Numbered from the stretch's first letter, positions 9,877 to 20,923 are shown. The stretch is 64,000 nt of DNA from Nitrosopumilus sp. (GCA_965238275.1 OZ250186.1:64001-128000), one strand, 5' to 3'. Translations and numbers: made by a program. The notes: generated by a model from the letters alone, not told the origin.

Positions 9877-11148
9877 TCAGGCGGAATTGGCCGATCCCGC
9901 GAACTTTTTGTTGCGGCCGTAGGCCAGCATCCCTTCCAGCAGTCCAAGGCATTCGGTCCGATCCATTTCGTCCAGCAGTCGGATCCTGTCGTCCGGCCTG
10001 CCCAGTTCGGGCATTGCCGCCTCGTCGCGCCTGTCGGCCTGCTCGGGGCGTTCCGGCTCGTTTATGGTCAGGTTTGGGATGGCGTTCACGTACAGGCTTG
10101 CCAATTCCTGCGGGTTGGTCTTGTAGTAGTTGGGGTCGAGTTGCAGGAAGCCCTTGTGCCCCATCATGAACTCTATCTTCGTTAATACCGCCACCGGTGA
10201 CTCGCGCGACACGGTGTCCTTTAGCGTCTTGTTAAAGAACCGCCTGAACCCGTTTGATGCGGGAGTCTTCCCCAGGCGGGGGTTGTCCGGATGCCGCACC
10301 CATACCCCGGCAGACAAGGCCGCCTTTCGTATGACGGTGCTGATGCTTTCCTTGCTCAGCCCGCCCGGTAATTTTCCCTTCTTCTTGAAGATGGGATCGC
10401 CGCCTGTCGGCTTCCTTCCGACTTCTGCCTCCCATTGCACCGCGTAGTCCATGACGGCCCGGTACGTTTCCGGCGTGATGAACGTGACGTACGCGTAGAC
10501 CGACCTCCGGTACACGGCCACGGCCACGCATGCCGGCTCTCCGGGCACGCGTCCTTCCAGGTCTTCCTCTTTTACCATCCTGCCGCCCACGTCGTATATC
10601 CGCGTCAGGTCGCCCCACCGCAACAGCAAGCCGGCGCGACGCATGCCGGAGCTTGCTATGGTCAGTATGATCGCCTTGTCCCTCGGGTTGGTTGCATGCT
10701 CCGCCATGAGGCGTATCTCACCGCGCGTCCAACCTTGCGTTTCGTTCACGTTGTCAAGTTCCGGAAAACTGCCGTCCACGCGCGCCCAGTTCACCGGGAC
10801 GTCGTTGGCATTTAGCAACCCCTTGAGGGAGCTAAAGTAGTTTGGAATGGCAGACGGGTTCAGGTAGTCTGAGTCTTTCTTGTCCTTCTTGGTCCTCTCG
10901 CGCATGATCCTGGACAATCCCAACAAGATGCCCATCATCCTCTCCGGCTTGTTCCTGCCAATTTCCACGAATTCCCTGGCGCGTTCCTCGAAGGTGCCGT
11001 GCAGCACCTCATTCATTACCTTGCCCAGAAACATGCGCAGCTTCTGCGTGTATTCCTTGTCAGTTTCAGGGGACTTGTTGGATGCATGGAACAGCGCCAA
11101 CGGATCTTCCTCGGATATTGGACGCACGTCTGCAAGCTTTAACTCCAT
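9877..11148 (-). CDS. Tyrosine recombinase/integrase 2 (paralog of integrase 1, convergent)
   Basis: SSGMR, NGFRRF, MMGH, NYY; aligns along its length with 8433-9815 (GTFEERA, YLxP, GWTRxEIR, FITPE). Confidence 0.9.
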   Translation of the reverse strand: MELKLADVRPISEEDPLALFHASNKSPETDKEYTQKLRMFLGKVMNEVLHGTFEERAREFVEIGRNKPERMMGILLGLSRIMRERTKKDKKDSDYLNPSAIPNYFSSLKGLLNANDVPVNWARVDGSFPELDNVNETQGWTRGEIRLMAEHATNPRDKAIILTIASSGMRRAGLLLRWGDLTRIYDVGGRMVKEEDLEGRVPGEPACVAVAVYRRSVYAYVTFITPETYRAVMDYAVQWEAEVGRKPTGGDPIFKKKGKLPGGLSKESISTVIRKAALSAGVWVRHPDNPRLGKTPASNGFRRFFNKTLKDTVSRESPVAVLTKIEFMMGHKGFLQLDPNYYKTNPQELASLYVNAIPNLTINEPERPEQADRRDEAAMPELGRPDDRIRLLDEMDRTECLGLLEGMLAYGRNKKFAGSANSA

Positions 11149-11353
11149 GAAACCCACGCGCGTCCTTTTGTTAAAAAACCTCCCCCGTGAAGACGTCGGC
11201 GGCAAAACGATCCGCCGGATGCCACGCGCGCAAGGCCGCCACCCTTGGAAGTTTAATAAATCAAGTGAGCACATGCGTCGGTAGGATGACGATTGCAGGA
11301 AACCGAATCACGCCAAGGCCAGTCCCGGCCTCGCGCGTTTGGGGGGCCTCTAC

Positions 11354-12268
11354 ATGAACCGGCACGAGCCCCGGCCAGACGAGTCGGCGCACGCCAAGGC
11401 CGTCGCGTTAGTGGATCGGGGGCTGGCACTGCACAGACTCAAAAAGCACGCCGATTCGTTGGAGTGCTTTGACGCGGCGATCGACGCGGAACCTGACCTT
11501 GCCGACGCGCACTACGGGAAGGGCTTCGAGCTGTCAGTTTTGGAACGGCACGATGAGGCGATCCCGTGCTTCGAGGACGCCTTGGGAATAAACCCCGACC
11601 TTGCCGCGGCGCACTACGAGAAGGGGTGCTCGCTGTCCAGACTGAGAAAATACGACGCGGCCGCAGAGTGCCTCAGCGAGGCGATACGGCTGGATCCAGA
11701 TCACGCCATGGCGCACTACGAGAAGGGCTTCGCGCTGGCCAGGCTCAAGAGACACGACGAGGCCGCGTGGTGCTTTGACGGCGCCATATCCCTGAAGCCC
11801 GACGACGCCGCCTCGCGCATAGGCAAGGGAATCGCACTTAGATCCTTAAAAAAACATGACGAGGCGATACGATGCCTTGACGTGGCGATAAGCCTGAAGC
11901 CGGACGTAGCCGCCACGCACCGGGAGAAGGGAATCACGCTTGCCCAGATTGGAAGGTACGGTGAGGCGGCAGAATGCCTTGAAAAGGCCGTGTCCCTGAA
12001 GCCCGACGACGTCGGCATGCGCATAGGCAAGGGCATAATGCTGATCAACTTGGGGGAATGCGGAGAGGCGGTAAAATGCCTCGACGAGGTCATAGCAATG
12101 AAACCGCACGACCCCGACGCGCACGTCCAGAAGGCACGCGCGCTGGAACAAATGGGGAACCGCGCGGAAGCCGTCGAGTGCTGCAAAAAAATGCTGGGTT
12201 GGAAAAAATTGGGTAACTACCACGCGAGACGGGTCAGGGCCACAATCGACCGCCTGTCTGCCAGATAA
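11354..12268 (+). CDS. Tetratricopeptide repeat protein
   Basis: About eight 34-aa repeats (AHYxKGxxLxxLxxxxEAxxCFxxAIxLxP). Confidence 0.9.
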   Translation: MNRHEPRPDESAHAKAVALVDRGLALHRLKKHADSLECFDAAIDAEPDLADAHYGKGFELSVLERHDEAIPCFEDALGINPDLAAAHYEKGCSLSRLRKYDAAAECLSEAIRLDPDHAMAHYEKGFALARLKRHDEAAWCFDGAISLKPDDAASRIGKGIALRSLKKHDEAIRCLDVAISLKPDVAATHREKGITLAQIGRYGEAAECLEKAVSLKPDDVGMRIGKGIMLINLGECGEAVKCLDEVIAMKPHDPDAHVQKARALEQMGNRAEAVECCKKMLGWKKLGNYHARRVRATIDRLSAR

Positions 12269-12316
12269 CGCGGCACGCGACGAAGAAACGCGGGTACGGA
12301 TGACGATAACCCTGCC

Positions 12317-13384
12317 TCACGGCCTGATCACGTACTCCAGCATGGCGACCATCAGGGACCGCAGTTCCTGCCGGTCAGGATGGCGCAGCATCGCCGACTT
12401 GCAGATATCCAGCGCCTTCTTCCTGTCGCCTTCTTGGAGCGTCACGTACGCCATATAGCAGCACGTCATCGGGCTGGTGGCGTCTTTCTCGTATGCCGAA
12501 CGTACCATCTCGTCGCCCTCGTCAAGACGGCCTTCCTTGTACAGGCAGAACCCGTTGAGCGCCCGCGCCTCCTGGTCGTCGGGATCCAGCGACAGCGACT
12601 CTTCTACCTCCTTGCGGCATTCCGACGCCCTGCCGAGCATGCGCAGCACGTCGGCCTTGATGTAATGGTATCTGGCGTTGAGCGGGTTGAGGCTTAGGGC
12701 CTCGGTTATGGCTTCCAACGCGTCCCGGTATTTTTCCATGTCAAACAGAATCTCCGCCCGCGCGGCGTGGTTGCCGGCCTCGTCGCCGTGGATGCCGACG
12801 GCCCAGTCCGCCGCCCTGAGCATTTCTCTGAGCATTTCCCCGTATACCTCGTGGTATCTCCAAATGTCTTGGAACATCGCGCCGTGCATGTGCACTGTTG
12901 ACGTTCCGCCTTTCGATCCCGCATCTTCCACGTGGCACATCTCGCCCAGGATCATCATCAGGACATGGTGCTTGTCCGGATCGTCCGGATCCAGTTGCAT
13001 CTCGAAGTTGATCTCGTGAATCGCATCGTCCAGCATCCCCACCCGAAACAGCGCCTTTGCCCTCACGTATGCTGCCTTCAGGATGATCTCGTCCATTAAG
13101 GCCGCCAAGAGTCGGTATTCTAATGCCTCGTCGTGCATTTTCGCTTCTTCATACAAGTGCCACAGCTCTTCGTATTTCTCTGAAAGATCGCCGCCATAAT
13201 TCATTGCCACGCGGCAGGCCTCCAGTGCCTCCGGATATCGGCCCAGAGCGTACAGTGCCAGCCCTTTCAAGATGTTTGCCTCAGGATCGTTTGTCTTGCT
13301 CGTCGCGATCCTTGAGAGGTGCAGGACCGCCTTCTCGTATTCGCCCCGCCGGATCATGTCGGCGCACTCGTCGATTTCAACCAC
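12317..13384 (-). CDS. Tetratricopeptide repeat protein
   Basis: Multiple TPR units (KGLALYALGRYPEALEA; ALSLNPLNARYHYIKA). Confidence 0.85.
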   Translation of the reverse strand: MVEIDECADMIRRGEYEKAVLHLSRIATSKTNDPEANILKGLALYALGRYPEALEACRVAMNYGGDLSEKYEELWHLYEEAKMHDEALEYRLLAALMDEIILKAAYVRAKALFRVGMLDDAIHEINFEMQLDPDDPDKHHVLMMILGEMCHVEDAGSKGGTSTVHMHGAMFQDIWRYHEVYGEMLREMLRAADWAVGIHGDEAGNHAARAEILFDMEKYRDALEAITEALSLNPLNARYHYIKADVLRMLGRASECRKEVEESLSLDPDDQEARALNGFCLYKEGRLDEGDEMVRSAYEKDATSPMTCCYMAYVTLQEGDRKKALDICKSAMLRHPDRQELRSLMVAMLEYVIRP

Positions 13385-13661
13385 GGGTGCCGACCCCGTT
13401 ACAGTGCTCCGCCCTGGTGTACCGGGCCACGTGCCGGTACACGTGCATGGTATCGTTCTCCAGCAGGATCATGTATCCGGTGCAGCGCCTGCCAGCCACG
13501 ACGCGGGCCCGCATGGTACCGGGATATGGAACGCCAACCAGGTAGTCCATAACGACTCCGGCCAGCATGTCCGGCACCTCTGCTAGCTTGCATGTGATAT
13601 GTACGCGATGGATCGGATCCGGCTGGCCGGCGGCGAAGAGCCGGACTGCGTATCTGGGCAT
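13377..13661 (-). CDS. Small hypothetical protein, translationally coupled to the TPR gene
   Basis: TAATG stop/start overlap with the upstream ORF at 13661, and an 8-nt overlap with the TPR start. Confidence 0.5.
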   Translation of the reverse strand: MPRYAVRLFAAGQPDPIHRVHITCKLAEVPDMLAGVVMDYLVGVPYPGTMRARVVAGRRCTGYMILLENDTMHVYRHVARYTRAEHCNGVGTRG

Positions 13662-14190
13662 TACTCTCCGCCCTCCCGGCACCGGCACGCTCCTAACGCC
13701 GTTCTACCATGCATGACGTGGCCGAATGCGGCCTTTAGCGTGGTGTACGTGCCCATGCCATCATCGGCACCGGCTTGGGCACGACCCAAGATGACGGACT
13801 GTATGATCCCGTCGTTGGATACCACCTGCGCCTGTCGGCCGTCAAGACTGGCAGGGCCTAGCGCCCCCCAGAAACAGGGCGACATCTTGATCCATGAGGA
13901 AGGTGGCAAGGATGTCAGGTGTCTGCTCTCGTTGCGGATAGCCTCGCTGCCATCCCGGCCGACGCATTCACCGGCTTGAATTTGAGCGTCCAGTCCACCG
14001 ATTCCCAGATGGGAAATCCTCTCGGTGGAGGTTTGGACACTTTTGTTTTGTGTTTGCATGCATATATCTTCCGTATGGATTATATTAATATTATCCCTTT
14101 GGAATAGTATAATCCGAACATTCTGACGGTCCAAGCACGACAAAGCACGATTGCCTACAGAATCGGATCCGGGAAAGGCCAGACGGTTGC

Positions 14191-14436
14191 ATGGTATACA
14201 TATATGGATACAGGCCAACGTACACCGTGAAAGAGTACGTGGTGACCAGGATGCTCCGGTGTACGTGCGAACGATGCGGCTACACTTGGATGTGCAAGGA
14301 CGAATCGGAGGCTCCCATCCAGTGCAGGAACCGCAGATGCCGCTCCCCGTACTGGGACAAGCCAGTATCCAGGGAACATGTCAGCGATGTGGCCAAGGCT
14401 GTGAGGGCAGGAACGTACATAAAGGAAAACACATGA
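14191..14436 (+). CDS. Small Zn-ribbon protein typical of archaeal mobile elements
   Basis: CERCGYTW...PIQCRNRRCRSPYW. Confidence 0.7.
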   Translation: MVYIYGYRPTYTVKEYVVTRMLRCTCERCGYTWMCKDESEAPIQCRNRRCRSPYWDKPVSREHVSDVAKAVRAGTYIKENT

Positions 14437-14980
14437 GCCTGCACGTGGCGGGATCGTCGATCCGGGCTACCCTGAAGTGGCTTGTTTGATCATCTCTCCC
14501 TGCTAGTCTTGGCAACAGTGATTTTGATGGCATTATGGTCTCGTGGCAGTGGGTTGGCCGCGTGGCGGTGGCTCATTTACTTGATGAATGCAGCTCGACA
14601 TGACCAAATGGTACTATCTCCGCGGCGAGTTTGAGGTGCTTGCATATTCTCCTTGATCGCAATGGCGCCCATTCCCACGTCATGGATAGCTGTCTCAGGT
14701 TCAGCGGCTATTTTCATGACCACAAAGGCAGCCTTTTGTTTGTAGGTGGGTAAACGTCTCCCCTTTCCAGATCCTGCCGATCTCCCCCCCTGTTGGACAG
14801 GCCCATAACCCGGCAGCGGACCAGCGATTCTGCCAAGGCTGCACGGCCGAGGGATTGGGAGGCCCGGCGGGCACGCGGCTGGAAGCATCCGTCCGCAAAA
14901 TCTTAACGACCTAGATATTGGCGCAGGCAACGGGCCCGATGCGCGTGGCGACCGTCTGGATCCGCGGTGATATTGGTCGG

Positions 14981-15184
14981 TCATCTGATCTTGATGCCCG
15001 AGTCGTGAAGCAACACGATGTATGCCCGCACCTTGTTCCCGCATATCAGTCTGCGAAGGCCTTTTACCGTTTCCGTGCAGCCACGCGCGTTGCACCTTTC
15101 GGCCATCCGGTCCAGCCTTTCGACTGCCTTGAGCAACTCGCTACTCCACATCAGGGTGTGGCGAACGGCGCGGCTTTTATCCAT
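14981..15184 (-). CDS. Small hypothetical protein
   Basis: ATG-start ORF (MDKSRAV...) with plausible helical composition; no recognisable motif. Confidence 0.35.
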   Translation of the reverse strand: MDKSRAVRHTLMWSSELLKAVERLDRMAERCNARGCTETVKGLRRLICGNKVRAYIVLLHDSGIKIR

Positions 15185-15317
15185 TGTGCGGTCTGAACGC
15201 AAAAACGATGATTAGCCATAATCTAACAACGTGTTGGTGGGGGTGATCCTGATAATTTTGACATCCACCAAACATGCCTGTCAAACCTTTTATTCAATTT
15301 CCCTTATTTCATGTCTG

Positions 15318-16073
15318 ATGAATGATGGCTTCGAACGCTACGAGCGCGAATACCTGAAAAGTGTCGCCAAGGAAGACGGGTCCGCGTCCGGGGAATCACT
15401 CAAGCAACTGAAGGCAAGGCGGCGCATGGAACTCTTGGACGGCGCGAAAAAGGCAGGAACCAAATCCGAGCTTGACTCGTGGGACTACGCCGTCTTGGAC
15501 ACGATCCGGCGCGGGGATCTGCACGGCCAGATGAAGTTCGGAACGCTGAGGACATGCGAATCGCTGTTGAAACTGCACTACCACGACCTCATGCGCAAGT
15601 CAGACCGCGAGCCCACGTTCGACGAGACGGAGCGGATCCAAGCGTTTCTTGATTCTGCCGCGTACAAACAGTACGAAAGCAGGCTGAAAAAAATAATGAC
15701 GAAAAAAGTGGCCGAACGGCTTGGGTTGGTATCAGAGATACTTGGAACGAAGAAGGCGACTGATTTGCTGGATCTTACAGACAAGGGCAGGGACGCGCTC
15801 AAGGCAAAGCGCGTCGAGATTGCCGCGCGATATGAGCAAATGAACCGGCTGTACTCCGCGAACAGGACTGGTTTTTACGAGGAAGCACCGTCGTTTGAAT
15901 GGGCGTTGCCTATGCTGGTGGTCATGGGTTTTTCAGGACCAATGATGGGGTACATGCTGGCGTCGTCTGACGCGCAATACGGCAGCCTTGCTCACAACCA
16001 TGGATCGGGCTTTGGTACGGATTTTGATGCCGATTTTGGCGCAGACGGATTCGATTTTGGAACGGGGTCATGA
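15318..16073 (+). CDS. Hypothetical protein (possible winged-helix, hydrophobic segment and acidic Gly/Asp/Phe tail)
   Basis: Long ORF; LTDKGRDAL wHTH-like motif; WALPMLVVMGF hydrophobic stretch. Confidence 0.65.
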   Translation: MNDGFERYEREYLKSVAKEDGSASGESLKQLKARRRMELLDGAKKAGTKSELDSWDYAVLDTIRRGDLHGQMKFGTLRTCESLLKLHYHDLMRKSDREPTFDETERIQAFLDSAAYKQYESRLKKIMTKKVAERLGLVSEILGTKKATDLLDLTDKGRDALKAKRVEIAARYEQMNRLYSANRTGFYEEAPSFEWALPMLVVMGFSGPMMGYMLASSDAQYGSLAHNHGSGFGTDFDADFGADGFDFGTGS

Positions 16074-16560
16074 TGATAGACGGGGTGAATCCACAACCAG
16101 TTTGAGTGCGCCCGCCGGCTGAACATATCAATATCGTCCTACGGTGGCCCAGCTTGCACGTAGTGCGTCTGATGATCCGACTCGTTTGTATCTGACCCAC
16201 CCATGAGAATGTGGCGGAAAATATTCAGATTGGGACATATCAGAATTATGCACAACCCCTCTGAAAGTAAAACACTTACAAATTTGGCGATACCGATCTG
16301 GCATCGTTGCTGTATGTGGATGGGAACAGCCTAGATTGTCCCTGCACGACGTACCCTTGGGTTTTGCCAAACCGTGTCAGAGAAGGTTGCGCACAGAGCA
16401 CCGATCTGCTCTAGCGCGTGCCGCCGTGCCGCCAATCTTGAGTAGCGTGCGTGTTGTCCGCGCTCCTGATTCCTCCGGTATTAATGAGGCCTGACTGGTT
16501 GCCATCAAAACCAGCAACAGCAAATTCATAAATAGATAATACGAACACTAAAAGATCATA

Positions 16561-17424
16561 ATGGTTGAGAACATAGTATCGAGAGAAAAGAAAATTCAGA
16601 TATCCCCCAAAAAGGATTATCTCGTACCCACAGATAGTGAAAAGGGATTTCCATTACTGCGCATAAGTGATCATTATTTTAGCTTTAACGACCTGATAAT
16701 AGACTATGAAACTAGAGAAAGATTGGAGTATGTCATTTCGGAAAACCAGAACCTTAAGAAACTGAGAGCATATGGACTTAAACCCAAGCAAAGGATCCTG
16801 TTTTGTGGTCCTCCTGGAACCGGCAAAACTCTGACTGCCAAAATAATGAGCAGTGTCATAGGATACCCGTTTGTGTATGTCTTGTTTGATTCCATTATTT
16901 CGTCATTCCTAGGACAGACGGCTACGAATCTTAGAAAAATCTTTGATTTTATCGAGCAGGACAACTTTGTGGTTCTTTTTGACGAGTTTGACATCATAGG
17001 AAAGAAGCGGGATGACCCCCAAGAACATGGGGAGGTGAAAAGAGTCGTGAACAACTTCATGCAGATGATGGACAGCTATGACGGTAGCAGTGTCCTGATT
17101 GCGGCTACAAACCACCCCCAGCTGTTGGACACTGCCGTATGGAGGCGTTTTGACGAAATGATTGGGTTTGGACTTCCAAACAAGCAACAAAGAAAGAAAC
17201 TATTCTCAAAATACCTTGGGGTTTTAAAGAAGAGTGTAGATGTGGACTTGGAGGATCTTGCAGGCAAGACCTCAAAATATTCTGCAGCAGACATATCTAC
17301 TATCTGCGAGGACGCATTAAGAAGAAATGTCATTTACGGCAAATCTGAAATAAAAAACGAGGATGTCATCTGGGCCATAAGAGAACAAACACGTAGAAAA
17401 GGTGTTATGCTAAAAAAACTATGA
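16561..17424 (+). CDS. AAA+ ATPase (IetA-like)
   Basis: Walker A GPPGTGKT, Walker B LFDEFD, SRH AATN...LDTAVWRRFD; lies upstream of an S8 peptidase gene. Confidence 0.9.
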   Translation: MVENIVSREKKIQISPKKDYLVPTDSEKGFPLLRISDHYFSFNDLIIDYETRERLEYVISENQNLKKLRAYGLKPKQRILFCGPPGTGKTLTAKIMSSVIGYPFVYVLFDSIISSFLGQTATNLRKIFDFIEQDNFVVLFDEFDIIGKKRDDPQEHGEVKRVVNNFMQMMDSYDGSSVLIAATNHPQLLDTAVWRRFDEMIGFGLPNKQQRKKLFSKYLGVLKKSVDVDLEDLAGKTSKYSAADISTICEDALRRNVIYGKSEIKNEDVIWAIREQTRRKGVMLKKL

Positions 17425-17524
17425 TTGACTTTAGTCTGTTGAACACATGATCACATGGAAATCTCTAAAGCCCACAGTACTGCCGGCTTACCCCTAGGTT
17501 AGTATGTGTTCACATCTGACAGAA

Positions 17525-17870
17525 AATAACCCTCCGAAATCAAAACGCCTCAACCAATCGCGAACCCATCTGGAAGATCGCATGAGATTCTTGGCGGTTT
17601 CGTCTATGCCTTTTTTGCGAACATAGACCATGTAGGCGACAAGCATTCTTGCGACTACCCTGTATTCTTTTTCATTTTTGCATGCATTCTCAAATTCTTC
17701 TCATTTGGTTTTTTCCATGAGTAGCATGAGGCGTCAAGATCTGCATGCCTACCGTTGACACTGTCGTTGGAACGAACCTTTGATCGTCAGTATAGATCAT
17801 GAGAATCAAGACATCTGATTGAATACAGACAACGAGAAATACATCAGACGCGGTCAGGTGTTAATCATCC
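17525..17870. pseudogene. IS debris (IS630 N-terminal remnant on the minus strand plus a probable IS5-type fragment) between the ATPase and protease genes
   Basis: Minus-strand MEKTK*EEFENACKNEKEYRVVARML...RWVRDWLRRFD matches the other IS630 remnants. Confidence 0.6.
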
Positions 17871-18156
17871 ACAACGACCCGCCACCACGCGCGTATATTC
17901 CTTGACTGAGGAACCAGAGATTCTGGCCCAGACGTTTGTCAGAAGGCGCTCCCCAAAGATCAAATCGTGATGGACGAGTAGGCCGACGAAGAGGACAACA
18001 TTGAGTAGACTCTGGTCACTAGTCTTCCGTCAAGTGCAGACTTGTCTAAGGACTCTGGTGCATGCGCCCAGATGCGCAAAAACAATCTTCATAACACGCA
18101 CAAGACAAAGAAATTGTATAGTTCATATATACACAAACAACTTTCAAGATCACACA

Positions 18157-20457
18157 ATGACTGACAGCCACAAACATCTGGATCTTCCCACCACAAATGA
18201 AAAAGTCCAAAGAAAAATGTACGGAGGTGGCATGTATGATAAAAATAAAAACATCAAAAAGTTTGAAGAAGGTCAGATCAAGCGGCTGACTGCAATCAGC
18301 AAGGAGTTTGAGGGGACAGAACAAGAATTTCCAAGCTATGATCAGGAACTGGTATTCAAGGTAAAGACATCTCAAAGAGTAAGTGACAAAGAGTTTAGAC
18401 AAAGGTTGAAGGGAGTCGATTGTGAAACTATTGCTTCCGCTTTGGGTAAAAATGCAGAATGGGTCGTTTCCGCGATAGATCCAAGTTTTAAAAAACTGAA
18501 GGAAAGGATCTCTACAAGGGCGACAAAAGATAAAGCAAACTTTATTGACGGGATTTTAGAATTTTTGAGAATTCGATTTGAAGACAAGCTTGGGGAGAGT
18601 CTTAAAAACAATCCTCTTGGCCTAGATGAAAAGACACGGCTTGTGGTGAGTCTGACCAAAAAAGAATCAGATTCAAATAATGAGAAGCTAAACTCCGCAT
18701 TGGATTTGATAAGAAATTTGTCCAAGGAAAATGGCCTTGAAATACATGATAGTCTGGTCACGGAAAATGTTTGCCTGTTATTGCTTGATGGGACTCTTGA
18801 TTTTGCAAAACAAATTTCAGGCATAGACATCGTTGAGAGCATTGATAGGCCCCCAAGATTCGCACTGGAAAAAATCGTTGACAGTACAATTCTCGACGTG
18901 GGCAAAAACATACCTCCAAATGAAAAAGATCATGGGATACTGGTCATGGATTCAGGTATAATTTTACATCCACTGCTGGAAGATGCTGTGGATGAAGATG
19001 AGGGTATCGTGGGGCTACCAGACATAAACGAACACGATGATCGCCGTCACGGAACGATGGTCAGCGGTATAGCGTTGCACGGGGACATCGAGGACAGCAT
19101 TACAAACAAAAAATTTAAATCCAACATGTGGATCTATTCTGCCAAAATTTTTTACGAAGATAACGGCGCAATTAAAATTCCGAATGAAACACTCATTGAA
19201 AGTGAAATTAAAAATAATTTTGAAAAGATAAAACAAAAATTTCCTAGATGCAGAGTAGTTAACTTATCGTTTGGCAATCCGGAAAAAATAATGTCAGATG
19301 GACAAAGACAGTTTGATCTGGCTGTGTTGATTGATGACTTAGCAAACCAGTACAGAGACACAGTCTTTGTCATCTCTGTAGGCAATGTAAAAAAAATTTA
19401 TTATGATGATCACCATTATCCAGACTATCTCTTATCATCGGATCTCGACGTAAAGATCATGGATCCAGCAGCATCCATTCACGCATTATCCGTTGGTGCC
19501 GTCCAAAAATTTGGCCACCTGATAGATCAGCCCTCGAACATAACCAGAGTTGGTCCGGGGCTAAACGGAATGATAAAACCTGATCTGGTTGAAAACGGAG
19601 GCGGATTTGACAGCGAAATAGTTGTTCTAAATTCAGACTACAGAGACAGATTGTTTACACTCACTATGGGAACAAGCTTTAGCTCACCAAAAATTGCAAA
19701 CTTTGTAGCTAGGCTCTTCAACCGTTTTCCCAATGCGAGCAGAAATCTGGTCATGGCATTGTTACTATCCTCGGCAAATCTTCCACAGGTCATTCCGGAC
19801 GGTTTCCCTAAAAGAAACTCAAAGACAAAAAATGAGAACTGGTTAAAACTGATGAGTATCTATGGGTTCGGAAGGCCCGTCCTGAACAACGCGTTATCTT
19901 CTGATGATGACAGGGTTGTCTTTAAGCACGAGGGCAAAATTGGCATGAATCAAGTACAGTATTTTACAATAAATTTGCCGGATGAATTTGTCAGCATAAA
20001 AGGCAAAAGACATATCTCGGTTTCACTAGTCTATGATCCCCCTATCAGAAAAACTAGGGCCGATTATTTTGGAGTAAGAATGGAATTTCATTTGTTTAGA
20101 AACAAGTCATTGGACGAGATTAGGGAAAAATACGATTTGATTAATTTGACGGAATCAGAAGATAGAGAAAACAACGTGCCTGAAAAGTTATCAAAATTTG
20201 AAATTGTTCTACATCCTAAACCCTCTCTTAGGAAAAGAAGCAACCATCAGAAAGGCGTTAGAACCTTGACAACAAGGACTAGATTAAACAGTAAGCAGCC
20301 TCTTGTATTGGCCATATTATCGCAAAAAATATGGGATCTTGATGACAATTTCAAGCAGGATTTTGCAGTTGTCATGACCATAAAACATGAGCAGTCCATT
20401 GATTTGTATAACAAGATAAAAATAGCCAACCAGATTCAAACACGTGTACAAGTTTAG
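18157..20457 (+). CDS. S8 subtilisin-like serine protease (IetS-like)
   Basis: Catalytic triad MDSG / HGTMV / GTSFSSP, KPDLV and YGFG motifs; no signal peptide visible. Confidence 0.9.
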   Translation: MTDSHKHLDLPTTNEKVQRKMYGGGMYDKNKNIKKFEEGQIKRLTAISKEFEGTEQEFPSYDQELVFKVKTSQRVSDKEFRQRLKGVDCETIASALGKNAEWVVSAIDPSFKKLKERISTRATKDKANFIDGILEFLRIRFEDKLGESLKNNPLGLDEKTRLVVSLTKKESDSNNEKLNSALDLIRNLSKENGLEIHDSLVTENVCLLLLDGTLDFAKQISGIDIVESIDRPPRFALEKIVDSTILDVGKNIPPNEKDHGILVMDSGIILHPLLEDAVDEDEGIVGLPDINEHDDRRHGTMVSGIALHGDIEDSITNKKFKSNMWIYSAKIFYEDNGAIKIPNETLIESEIKNNFEKIKQKFPRCRVVNLSFGNPEKIMSDGQRQFDLAVLIDDLANQYRDTVFVISVGNVKKIYYDDHHYPDYLLSSDLDVKIMDPAASIHALSVGAVQKFGHLIDQPSNITRVGPGLNGMIKPDLVENGGGFDSEIVVLNSDYRDRLFTLTMGTSFSSPKIANFVARLFNRFPNASRNLVMALLLSSANLPQVIPDGFPKRNSKTKNENWLKLMSIYGFGRPVLNNALSSDDDRVVFKHEGKIGMNQVQYFTINLPDEFVSIKGKRHISVSLVYDPPIRKTRADYFGVRMEFHLFRNKSLDEIREKYDLINLTESEDRENNVPEKLSKFEIVLHPKPSLRKRSNHQKGVRTLTTRTRLNSKQPLVLAILSQKIWDLDDNFKQDFAVVMTIKHEQSIDLYNKIKIANQIQTRVQV

Positions 20458-20529
20458 GATAAAAATTGTTTGAACTTCCAGTGTTTACAATTCTGTATTC
20501 ATTCTGGTTCGACGGCAGCACACCAAATT

Positions 20530-20921
20530 TGGTCCGGTCCCCGCTAGAATAGGAACGATCAGCATTGCACACTTTTTAGATGTACCAAGGGAGGAACCAC
20601 ATGGCTGACAAAAAACCAGGTGGAGCACGAACGAGAAGATCCGCATCGTGCTGCAGACATTCAACCCGGAGACCAAGGTTACAGAACTGTGCCGCGAGCA
20701 CAACCTGTCCCCAAGAACCGTGTATACGTAGAAGGAAAAGTTCCTAGAGGGCGGCAAGGATGCGGTGGCAAGATCCGGCACAACCCGGGCCACCAAAAAG
20801 CACGTCCGGGAAGTGGAGACCCTCAAGAGGATCATCGGAGAGTACACCGTGGGCAACGAGGCTTTAAAAAACACTGGAGGGAGGCAGAGGATGACGGCTG
20901 CAAGGGAGACATGCAAGAGCA
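20530..20921 (+). pseudogene. IS3-like element left-end remnant (orfA HTH with premature stop)
   Basis: MADKKTRWSTNEKIRIVL...ELCREHNLSPRTVYT*KEKFLEGG; truncated by the IS630 at 20924. Confidence 0.65.
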
Positions 20922-20923
20922 TA

